Assembly (NCBI RefSeq): GCF_964355755.1
Contig: NC_092677.1
Coordinates: forward strand, 10,810,101-10,874,100
Origin: Antedon mediterranea
Taxonomy: Eukaryota; Animalia; Echinodermata
Direction: 5' to 3'
DNA length: 64,000 nt
The notes beneath the pieces were generated by a model that was not told the origin of the DNA, ran no database searches, and saw nothing but the letters and a program-made list of their open reading frames with translations. Within the stretch, counting starts at the first letter, position 1. Each line of letters opens with the position of its first letter. A program made the position numbers and the translations under genes. Shown here piece after piece: positions 1 to 12,300 of this stretch.

Positions 1-82
1 GATGATCCAACGCGTTGTGATTGGTCAAATCACTTGCGTTGCGCTTACGTTCTTGCGTTGCGTCCTAGTAGGAACCAAGCTT
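1..82. mobile_element. End of a second short repeat family (AAGCTTGGTT...GACGCAACGCAAG...TGACCAATC)
   Basis: Related degenerate copies at ~33200-33305, 35553-35660, 38722-38828, 40993-41083, with internal TGACCAATC/GATTGGTCA dyad. Confidence 0.65.
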
Positions 83-2203
83 TAGGAATAGGCTACTTTT
101 ATATGTATGTCCTGAACATTTTAACTGGTGTTTCGGGTGATTGTGATCCTAAACAGACCATTAGGCCTACTTCACACAAGCAATTCTAAAAAACGGACAA
201 CTGTAGCCAACATTATTATGTTGTTTTATTGAAAGCCTGGTTTCAGAATACAATTAAAGACGACCGATTGTTGGAATATGGTTTAGAAAGTGTCTAGTTT
301 AGAGACTTTGGTTTGGGAAAGTTGTTGCTCTTTATACACATTGATTGTATTAATCAAACTCAATCAATAATCAATACATTCTCGATAATTGAGCATAAAT
401 CAATCAATCAAAAAACATACCTCTATCGTAACTACAATATACAACTATGGATTCCAATAACACCAGTAAAATACATCGAGAAAATGTAATTTCAAACATA
501 TTTTCTTCGTATTCTGGAGCGGGATGAGAAGGTTATCGCCATTGATTGGTATTGTATAGCTGTTATTGACAATAGTTAACAACACCTTAAATGCTTCAGT
601 GGTTTGCTATAGTCTGTGACGATTGTTTTTACAGAAGCTTTTCAGTGGCACTTACCCATGGTAGATTCTATTGACTGAGCTTATTCTTGCATACAACGTT
701 CATGAATACAATGTGATTCATGGTACAACTTTTGATTTCAACTACCAGACGTGAGATCAACTTTAGTTACACAGTTCAATATCATTGCATTATAAAGCAA
801 AATTATTAAACGAAGAACCATGTATAAAAACACAGGAAGGCCTATTCAAAATATGTGTTTGGTTCACTTATTTGTTATACCTCCCAGCTCTGGGGATACG
901 CTTTTGATTATAACGAATACCAAATATAAGAAGACAATACATAAGGCCTATATAGAAACAAAGACTTCATTTTCAAATAAGTATTGTGTATACGTACCGC
1001 TTTATTTACTATAATAATTACATCATTGTTTCATAGATTTCTTTCTATATAACAAACATCGTGATATATTTAACACATAGCACAATCTTATTTTTCATTA
1101 ATAAAAGTAGGTGTCGTGCACCTTTTTTTGATTAAACCTAGACAAACAAATATAAGAAAAGGTATGGACGGGCGCACGCACTCAAAAATAGATTATAGTC
1201 GCATCTTCCCTCATTTAATGACGACTTAATAATTAGAAATACATATTTAGTATCCTAGTGTCATATGATGGACGGGAACATTGCAAACAATGAATGCATG
1301 TCAATTATACACAATTATATATTTATTTAGTTATATTCCGTGGTATGCGAACCTCGTATATAATTAATAGCTTTCAATTTGCGATGATTGTAACATTGAA
1401 GAATTATTTCCTCCATGATCGTAACCTAGTTCGTCATGTTAATACTGTATATTAAATATATTCGGGGCACGCGGTAGGCGCGTCTTTCTGCGTATTTACA
1501 ATCCCCGGCGTCGTCACCACTGGTCCTAGAAGGTAGTATTCGAAAACTAAAAAAAAAAGTGTTATAACTAAGATGAAATAAGAAGCGAGATGTAGGCCTA
1601 TACACTGATAGTGATAAGGCTAAAAAACACATTTTTCTAAAAGCAAATGTATCTAAATATAAAATGAAATAATAACTTAATTCGTAGGTACAGTACAAGA
1701 TACTCCCCTGCTTCAACCATCTTCTATTACTCTTATTAACTACTGTATAATCATAGAGATTATAGTTCACTATCTCTATCTATAATGCATTCTCATTTGT
1801 TGTTTATAATTCAGCATCGTTTAATACCGTAGTATTAGTAGTATTTCTAATTTTATCAGGAAAAAATCTGAACATTCCCATGCTGATGCTTAAATATATT
1901 GTAAATGGTTGATTTAATTATTAATAATGGTTGAGTTTATAGCAATAAGATAATTATTATTTACAAGTCATTTGTCAAAAAGGAGCATATATCCTTAGAA
2001 GTTTAGAAACTATGTCATTAACTTCAGCTACTGTAAGGAAAGAAATTTATAACTTTATATTCTATAAACTGTAGCTAATTCAACCATAGGTTTATTTAAT
2101 TTCAATAGTATATTTCTATTGCGACATCAGATTTTTTCAATGCAATGTCAACAACTAAACTGTCATCTATTTTTCTTCTTTCAAATTAAATAAAAAATAT
2201 TTA

Positions 2204-4870
2204 TTATACTGCAGTTTCAGTTCCAGTTTCAGTTCCAGTTCCAGTTCTAAAATCGCTAAAGTCATGCCAATAACCCTTTCCTTCTGAGCATTTAGACTTG
2301 TTTTTTATACATTTGGTGCAATACACGAATTGTTTCTTACATGAATTGCAATAATATTGGTATCCAGGTTTACGACATTGGTTACATGTATTTAGAAAGG
2401 GATCTGTACTTGAATGTGTTGATTCTGTACGAGGTGTACTTTTTGTAACATCATCCCTTTTGGTTCTATGCTGGGATCTTGAATCACTTGATGTTCTTTC
2501 GAATTCACTTTCTGCTACATATACTGTAGAACTACCACTACTGCTAATATCACTCCTGTTTTTAGATGTCATGTATACTGTAAAATTACTTTTTACTGGA
2601 ACCTGACTGTGAGTTGACTGATTGTTAGTAAAGATGCCTAGTTGGCTTCTTGCACTGGTGTCGTCACTGAAAGAAGCAGAATGGTCTTTTGATTTGACAA
2701 TTAGTTTGTCTACTTTTTTAAAGTCCATTTGTTTTTTATTTTCTTCTAATTGAGACTTATCATTTCTATGAGTTTTGATATGTTTTTCTGCCTCTGATGA
2801 AGGGAAACCAACTCGTTTAGCATTGTGAATGATATTTCCAAGATCACTTGAATCTTCTATGTTCATTTGACTCTTCATACCAACATTCTCCAGCTCTTTC
2901 ACTTTTGTAGCATTATTCTGATGACCCACTCTTTCCTGTTGTGTGTCACTTGTTTTAAAATCATTTGTTTCTGCCTGTGGTGAAGAGAAGTGATCTTTTC
3001 TAGCTTCATTGTTGACTTTTTCACCTTTTCTACTTGCATTTTCCATTTTGCTGTTATGGTCAGTATTCTCCACTTTTAATTCGCTGTCACCTTCTTTTAA
3101 ATTCAAGATTGTTTTCAATTGATTACCATCAATATTAGAATGATTACGATTTTCCCACATTTGAGGCAATGGCTCTTTCCCTATTGGTGCATCAACTGGA
3201 TTAAGATTATTTTCCTTACACTGTGTTCTGCCTCTTTCCTGAACAGAATGTTGAGGCAATGGGCCTTTCACTATTGGTGCACTATTAAGATTATTATAGT
3301 TTATAGTTTCAACTTTTTGTTTAACTGTAGCTTCATTTCTGTATTCTTGGTGAGGTTTTTCTTTTGGTTTTGATGAACTCTTATGAGGATCAATATTTGA
3401 ATACTTTTTATTATTCATATTTCCACTATTATTTATGTTATCTTTTGGTGGATGTTTTATCTTCGATTCTGATTCACCAAACTGAGAATGTCCACTTTCT
3501 ATTTTCTTACTAATGTCACTACTGACCTGACCTGTATCTTCACTGCTATACAAGTCTGTTTCATCAGGACTGCTAGAATGAAGATTGTTGCCATCAGTAT
3601 GACGTTGTGAATGAAATTTACTACCAATGCTACTGCTGGGAGGGATAACAGATCTATTCGAATAGCCTGTATCAGAACCTCTTATCTGACTGCCGCTAGA
3701 ATGAGCAGTGTTGTTATCAGTGTTATATTTTTTCACACTGAATTTTACAACCTCATTGGGCGGTTCTCTAACCTGTAATATGTATAAATCAATTGCCACT
3801 TTTAAAAAGTAGTCCTTGACATTACCCGAAAACTTCTCTTTTTTCATTTTCTTTTGAATATTCAATACATAGAGATGGCCCTGTTTCTCATATCCTAACA
3901 CCTTTAATAAATCTTCATAATTAGACAAGGCTGGCTTAAGGTAATTCTGAATAAGTGCTCCATACTCCTATAGTAAACAAGAAACAAAGTTTGGGGTTTT
4001 TATTTGGTATATACACGATAAATATAATGATAATAAAAGAAGAATTACAATAGTTAACATGCAAGCACAAAACTTCTAACAGATTGATAGTTTTAGTATA
4101 TAGTAATACAAGATATTTTGTGTAAACCAATTACATATGGTCAAATAGCCAAGCTGTTAAGGCAGAGGTGTCGTTTACTGTACCTAAAGAGCCAACAATA
4201 TCGAGATTGAATTGCTCCTAGTTATGGTGGTGGAACAAGTATTCTTCTCGAATAAGGACTATAAACTGTAGGTCCTGGGTACACAGTTTACCCGTGTGCA
4301 CTTTAAGGAACCCAGTTTCAAATTCGAGAGGAGATGGGGTTACCGTGGTGAACTGGTTCAGGAAATAGCCCCTGTATCAGGGAGAGGACAGTGATTAATT
4401 CACTATTGACCACTTGTGCCTAAAGACATTAAATAAAATAATAAATGATGTGTCATGGGACTGTTTTGGTTAAATAATCATGTCTTTCCTTAATTATACA
4501 AATTTTGAACTAGATCACACAGCATACACTGTATGTGCTCATTATTAATTGATAGGACCACATGGCTGGTCAGGCAATTTTGAATTTATATAATAATAAT
4601 TAGATGTAAATAGATGTGAATACTATATACTAAGCCCTTAATTTGTACCTTCAATTTGTACAGCTCTCTTTTCCATGGAGTTTTGTACAAATTCAGAGCC
4701 AATTGTTCAACTTTCTCAAGAGCCTTTCTCAAATTTCCTGTTTTGTTAAGATCAAAGCGAAGAAAGTAAAGATGTTCAGATTTTTTAGCTGCCGTTTCAA
4801 GTTCCCTGCTTGCTTCTGTAGAATTCTCTGGTATTCTACATTTCAGGTATTCTTTCAATAAGGACTCCAT
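2204..4870 (-). CDS. SPATA2: SPATA2-family protein (PUB-like domain, PIM, C-terminal Cys/His finger), ~661 aa, 2 coding exons
   Basis: Exons 4870-4649 and 3967-2204 join in phase 0 (AAG|gtacaa ... tttactatag|GAG). This gives ALEKVEQLALNLYKTPWKRELYKLK-EYGALIQNYLKPALSNYEDLLKVLGY...KVAIDLYILQV, resembling the SPATA2/Tamozhennic PUB-like domain. It also has an internal DLY motif and a C-terminal CxxC-CxxC-CxxC-C-H finger. Probable non-coding first exon with donor at 5274. Confidence 0.8.
4135..4447 (+). mobile_element. tRNA-derived SINE in SPATA2 intron
   Basis: A-box-like TAGCCAAGCTGTTAAGGC head, body ATAAGGACTATAAAC.GTAGGTCC...GTGCACTTTAAGGAACCC, A-rich tail. Confidence 0.6.
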
Positions 4871-6251
4871 TGTGTCTATTTTGTTTATCAATAAAATAAA
4901 AAATATGTTAAAAACTAAAATATTTCCTACTACTAGGAGTGCCTAGGCCTAGACCCTATAGAAATAGGCTAGGCCTATATATATTGATGATCACCACAAC
5001 AATGCAACTATTTTTTAATAATAAAAAAATATATAAGCCTGATAATAATAATATCAAACCTATGACATAAATGATAACTTTATTGGCGTTCGTAGTCGGC
5101 CCTAGGCTAGCCCAGATAAGATTAGGCCGCACCTACCTAGGCTAGCTACAGTACAGACCACACCACCTGCCTGAAAAAGGCAAATAAGTTAGGCCTAGCC
5201 TAGTAGGCCTAGGCCTAGCTTTAAACATACTTTCCTCTTAATTGGAACCACAAAACATAATACTATAAGCTTACCTAAATGTTCAGTGTTTGTGTTCCGG
5301 GTCAAGCCATACGTTTAAACACTCGTACAATTGATGCTGCTGCTGAACAGTCGTATTTTTATCGCATATATTGACGATTTATCTGCGATTTACGATTTAT
5401 ATAGACCCTATGGAAATTCCAATTTTTATGAGTTACAGAGTATTTTCCGTTGACATTGCTCATGACGCGTTTTATTGCAATGAAGACAGTATAATTCCTG
5501 TACACAGTAACAATGGAACGCGTTTTCGTTTTTTATAATCTTTTTGGAGTAACAACCAGTTAATACCTCACTCAGGTAACAAGTGAACTTACCCTTAGTT
5601 GGACTTAGTACACCAAATGATCTAGAATATTAACACCACAATGCAACTACTGTACTGTTACATGTTTTATATGTTATAAAAAAAAAACCAATAGCTTCAA
5701 TATAAAAAACTCACTCATTGTAATACTGTTTACACCATTGACAATCAAATATTAGTTACTGTTCAGTCAAAATAATTTGATATTGGGCAGTGTATGTCAT
5801 ATGATAAAATAATTTATTGAATCTACACTTTTACATTAATAAACCATAAACTAGAAAGTTGCATCATCTTTAAATTAAAATACTGTACAAATTTAAAAAT
5901 ATAAAAGGAAAGAGAAAAACCAAAACAAAAAAATTGAAATGGTAAATATAGTACCGACATTTTAATATGGGAACGTGTATCAATTCCAGAACATAATAAT
6001 ATTAATTCATCAGAAGAACGCCTAAAGTCACAACTTTTTGATTTGCATTTCTTCATTAATATCTTGCTCTTTTTATTTAAAAAATGTGTTGATTGTTCCG
6101 TCGGAACTAATTTCAATGCTGCAATTTCTGTATTGTGGTCGTGATGAAAACTTCAATTCAGAGCCATTGAAGATCTTTGCTCTGCTTCAATTTTGTGCAC
6201 AGCGCCACCATTCGGTCGATGTTTTAGGGCAGGCGGTCGGAAAAAACACTG

Positions 6252-6265
6252 GTTGTCATGCCAAA
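6252..6265 (+). promoter_or_regulatory. RFX X-box-like motif upstream of GAS8
   Basis: GTTGTCATGCCAAA ~100 bp before the ATG, versus consensus GTTGCCATGGCAAC; typical of ciliary genes. Confidence 0.5.
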
Positions 6266-6358
6266 AAACAACACCACGAACTCATTGTATTTGTAGGCCT
6301 ACATTCCAGAATTAATTTGACCTAGAATAAGCGTAATTATTTTATTTCAATACACAAA

Positions 6359-9300
6359 ATGGTAAGTACAAAATGCACATTTTGTAAGGCCTATCAGTTC
6401 CATTATTTTTAGACCTTGGCCTACCTAATTTATTTTGATGAGTCCTTTTAAATTAATACCTTAACTTTTAAGTTTAGGCCCACACTACTATTAGGCTATA
6501 TAGGCCTACCTAACTAGGCCTAGCCGCCTCTCTCTGCTAGGCCTAGCTCGGCTTTTTAGACTACCTAGAGGAGGCCTGGCCGGCGCTAAAGGGCCCCTAT
6601 ACTTAGCTATAGTAGGGTACCTGGCTAGGCCTAGCATAGTAATTCATTATCCTACCAGGCCCCCTAAGTAACTATAGGCTAGGGCCAGGCCTAGCCTAGC
6701 CTCTAGATAGGCCTAGTCTATACTAAGACTATACATAGACAGTATCTAGGCTAGACCTACTTACTAGGCCTAGGCCTATGCCTATCTAGTAAATAAGTAA
6801 TAATTAATTAAATAATTAAGTAACCAGGCAGGGGTTAGGCCTAGGCTAGACTAAAATTAAAAATAAAGTAAACATTGTCAGACATTGCATTCCATGTCCA
6901 TGTCCATGACCATCTTTAGTTTTATTGAGTTTAAATAAATCTAGGCCTATACTAGCCTAGGCCTAGGGATATATACTTTATTTTATGGATGTATAGCCTT
7001 GACTCTAATGGCTATGCTAAATCTTTATAAATATATTCTTATTTTTATTAATATCAGCCACCAAAAAAGAAGAGTGGGAAAGGTAAGAAAGGAGGAAAGA
7101 AGAAGAAGTCTGCAAAATCCAAAACACCAACTGTCATTGATGGCATGTCAACAGAGGAAATGTCAAAAGAACAGGTAATTAATTACAGTAATTAACTGTA
7201 AAACAATTAATAAATAAAGTAATACTGCTTGGTAACTAGAAAAGAATGTAATTATATAATACTTACAATATATATCTCACTTACAATAAAATACTTAAAA
7301 TATATATCTCACTTACAATAAAATACTTACAATATATATCTCACAATAATACTTAAATATATATCTCACAATAATACTTACAATATATATCTCACAATAA
7401 TACTTACAATATATATCTCACTATAATACTTAAATATATATCTCACTATAATACTTACAATATATATCTCACTTACAATAAAATACTTACAATATATATC
7501 TCACTTACAATAATACTTACAATATATATCTCACAATAATACTTAAATATACATCTCACAATAATACTTACAATATATATCTCACTATAATACTTACAAT
7601 ATTTCACTTACAATAATACTTACAAAATATATCTCACAATAATACTTAAATGTATATCTCACAATAATACTTACAACATATATCTCACTATAATACTTAC
7701 AATAAAATACTTACAATATATATTTCTGTTACAATAATACTTAAAATATCTCACAATAATACTTACAATATCTCACAATAATACTTACAATATCTCACAA
7801 TAATACTTACAATATCTCACAATAATACTTACAATATATATCTCACAATAATACTTAAAAATATATCTAACAATAATACTTACAATATATATCTCACTAT
7901 AATACTTACAATATATATCTCACTTACAATAAAATACTTACAATATATATTTCTCTTACAATAATACTTACAATATCTCACAATAATACTTACAATATCT
8001 CACAATAATACTTATAATATCTCACAATAATACTTACAATATCTTACAATAATACTTACAATATATATCTCACAATAATACTTACAATATCTCACAATAA
8101 TACGTACAATATCTCACAATAATACTTACAATATATATCTCAATAATATATACAATATCTCACAATAATACTTACAATATCTCACAATAATACTTACAAT
8201 ATATATCTCACAATAATACTTACAATATCTCACAATAATACTTACAATATATATCTCACAATAATACTTAAAATATCTCACAATAATACTTACAATATCT
8301 CACAATAATACTTACAATATCTTACAATAATACTTACAATATATACCTCACAATAATACTTACAATATCTCACAATAATACGTACAATATCTCACAATAA
8401 TACTTACAATATATATCTCAATAATATATACAATATCTCACAATAATACTTACAATATCTCACAATAATACTTACAATATATATCTCACAATAATACTTA
8501 CAATATCTCACAATAATACTTACAATATATATCTCACAATGATACTTACAATATCTCACAATAATACTTACAATATCTCACAATAATACTTACAATATCT
8601 CACAAAACACTTACAATATCTCACAATAATACTTACAATATCTCACAGTAATACTTACAATATATATCGCTTTTTCATTTCACTTTATTATTGTAGTTGG
8701 AAGAACATATTGGACGATTACGTGAAGAATTAGACAGAGAAAGAGAGGAAAGGAACTACTTTCAATTGGAACGAGATAAAGTGAACACGTTTTGGGAAAT
8801 TACAAAACGTCAACAAGAGGAAGCAAAAGCAGAGCTACGGAACAAAGACAGGGAGATGGAAGACGCTGAAGAAAGACATCAAGTAGAAATAAAGGTGAAG
8901 AAGAATAGAATAAAAGAATGAATTTTACAATAATTCACCAAATCTCTTGCTTTATTCAGACTAGGGGTAGCACGATTTTTAATCTTAGTGGGTGGGTGCA
9001 GCTTTGTATAAGAAACAACAAGTTTGCATTTGTTAGGTCGTAAAAGGTCAAGATCAAATATCAAAATTCTCAAATTGCTCCGATTGCTCTTCTAGTAATT
9101 AAAAAACAGAAACACAAATATTACATATATTTCTTTATAAATCATTAAGTATAAATAAATGTGGATTGCAGCGACCAATGTAGAAATTAATTTCAAACTT
9201 TTATAAAAATTGGTAACATTTTAATGAACAAACAAACTAATAAATAAACCAAATAAAGAATTAAAACTAACGTTTTCTTGTTAACCTAGGTTTATAAACA

Positions 9301-12300
9301 GAAGGTTAAGCATCTCTTGTATGAACACCAGAATAATATCTCGGAGCTGAAAGCAGAAAGTGCAGTTGCCATCAAATTGGCGCAAGATGACCATCGAGGG
9401 CAGGAATCGGATTTACGAAAGGACAAACGTGGATTGAAGGTCTCCCTCAAAGATCAGGAACTTGCGCATGAGGATATTATCAAAAATCTTAAAATTGTAT
9501 GTTGGTTTTTTTAAGTTTATTAACTTAATTATTGATCTTCATAGAGTATTTTGTACAGTACAAAGCAAAAATGTTGCAAATAGTGTTGCCCGAAAGCTCT
9601 GCTAACTTTTCTGACTGTTTTACTTTATCGTTTTGATTTAGACTTTCGCCTTTTTTTGGTATCTCCATTGAGATCCAGCCACTGATACCCACAGCATTGT
9701 CATTTTTTCAGTATTTTGCCTTTGGATTTATATATATATATATATATCCAATGAAAAATTACTGAAAAAATAATTCTGTCACTAAATCTTAATAGAGATA
9801 CAAAATAAAATAAGCAAAAGCTAAATCATTATTTACAATTTCTATTGTCTAACTTACTAATGTTACTCAGTACTAATAGTGAATATGAGTATATACAGTA
9901 AGTGTACGTAGTTTAAAATCTAAAGTCTACCCAATTCATATCTGCCACTCTTATAATGTGTTCTTTTTTTTATTTATTTTTTTCTAGAAACATGACGAGC
10001 AAGTCTCATTTCTACGTGATGAATTTGAAAGAGAAGCGAAAGGTAACATTGACTTCTTAATCTCTGTCTACACTATCAAACTAGTTTAACAAAATAAGTG
10101 TGGTTTATATGGACATGATGTCATCACTACCATATTTGGGCATATCAATACCATATTTTGGCAAATCACACTTTTTTTTGTCAAACTAGTTTGATAATGT
10201 AGACAGATTTTAGTCTATTTAATGCCCAGTCTATACTAGTAAACTTAACAAGCAACAAGCATCTGTTTGCAAACTCTGAGTTTGCCATTGTTTGGAGTCA
10301 GTCTTTGTTACTGAAGGATCACATGACTACAATGACTGTGATATGATTGGCTGTCAAACATCTGCAAGCTATTTTGTCATCTTGTCTAAAAATGATAAAC
10401 ATTTATCTTTCACAGAAATCGAGGCAAAATATGAGAAGAAAATGCGCATGCTGAGAGATGAACTAGAATTGAGGCGGAAAACAGAAATTCATGAGATTGA
10501 AGAACGTAAAAACGGGCAAATCAATACCTTGATGAAGAATCACGAAAAAGCGTTTAGTGACATTAAGAACTATTACAATGACATCACCTTGAATAATTTG
10601 GCACTGATTAACTCACTAAAGGTAAATGAGTCTTTTCAAAATATGTTCCTTCCCATGCTCCAAGCATCATAGCATCTACGTATAAAGCTCTGTCATATCA
10701 CCACCATATTTAAGCATATTACAATAGTTTGATAGTGTAGACAGAGGTTTATCACAACGTCAGGTGAGGATTGCAATCTTTAAATAATTGTAATGTAATG
10801 TGATAAAATTCCACAAGAAGTAAATTTTCTAAAGCTCTGTCTACATTATCAAACTAGTTTAAAAAAAAGTGTGATGTGCCTAAATATGGTAGTGATATGA
10901 TATCATTAAGTCCATATATGAGCACATCATATTTTGTTTGTCACATAAAGTTTGAGTGTAGACAAAGCTTTAAGCATGTTTTACTGGAAGCAATGAAACT
11001 GTGTACCATATGCATACAAATTTCAAAAGCTAGAGCAGTAGCCTTCAACAATGAAGTTTGCTTCTAAATAGAAGAAGAAGAATGCGTGATAGAACGCTGA
11101 TTCGATGTGAATGTGAAGGTGATACATGTAGTCATGGCCATTATCATCATGGCTAAGAACATTTTTATTTCGATACTTTTAATGATTCTATTTTGAATTC
11201 CTTTTTCTAGGAACAAGTGGAAGAGATGAAGAAGAAGGAAGAAAGAATGGAAAAACAGATGAATGAAATCCAACTGGAGAACAAGAGGTTGAAAGAACCA
11301 CTGGAGAAAGCAAGAGAAGAGGTGGCAGAATTACAAAGACAACTGGCAAATTATGAAAAAGACAAGGCATCACTTGCTGTAAGCACTTATAGAATGATCC
11401 AGTATGGTTGTCATAAACAAACAAATATTTAGTTTTAGACTATATTGGAAAACTTGGAGTCAGGACAGGTTTACACTGGCAATGGCAAATCAAATCTAAA
11501 CGTCAATGTTTCATATTCACACTTTTACGAGCATATTGATTGGAGCATAGCCATGTGAAGCATCATGAAAATTAAACATTGACATTTGATTTGCTGCCAC
11601 CAGGCCAGGACAGGTGTGAAAGACCCTTAAGACAGAGCAGTATAGTATTATTCCAGAGTTTTGAAATAAGGGCTTAACAATTGTGAAAATCATAGCTGAA
11701 CTTTACCAAGGTGTTTTATCTTTTGAATTGTTTTTTCTATAATTTATGGATGGATCCCTTTAGACTGGTTTCCCCTCTCCCCATCTTAGTTTCTGCATGT
11801 TTCTGTATTGGAGATAAGTATTTTATTTATGTGATATTTGTAGAGTGCTAAGGCCAGACTGAAAGTGATGGACCAAGAGTTTAAAGATTTACAGTGGGAA
11901 CACGAGGTACTTGAACAAAGATTTGAAAAGGTAATTATCTAATTTAGTATTATTGTTGTTGCTGTTATTATTATTGTTCAGTGCACAATTTTTGCTCTCT
12001 GTATTGTATTACAATTATTCATAGTAATCAAATACTGTAAATCATCGAAAAATTTCATTTAGCTTCTATGTTTATAAAAGATAAGATTTTCTTTTTTGAA
12101 AGAGTCAGTTGATAAAGATCTTTTATAGAGATCAAAACGTTTGAGTAAGCACTCTCCGTTTTTAAATAGCTCTTTCAAAAAAGAAAATCTTATCTTTCAA
12201 ATACCGTGAGTTTCCTGTTCCACAATTTCCAAATTCGTATTATAAAATATATTGGTGATTTTCAGATGGAAAATGAAAGAGATGAACTCTATCGTAAATT

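Noticed and set aside
820-1770. ORFs 820-1014 and 1426-1770
   Set aside because: No recognisable motifs; composition typical of AT-rich non-coding DNA.
2204-3928. 574-aa single-exon ORF as a novel gene
   Set aside because: It begins at TTG inside exon 2 of the spliced SPATA2-like gene.
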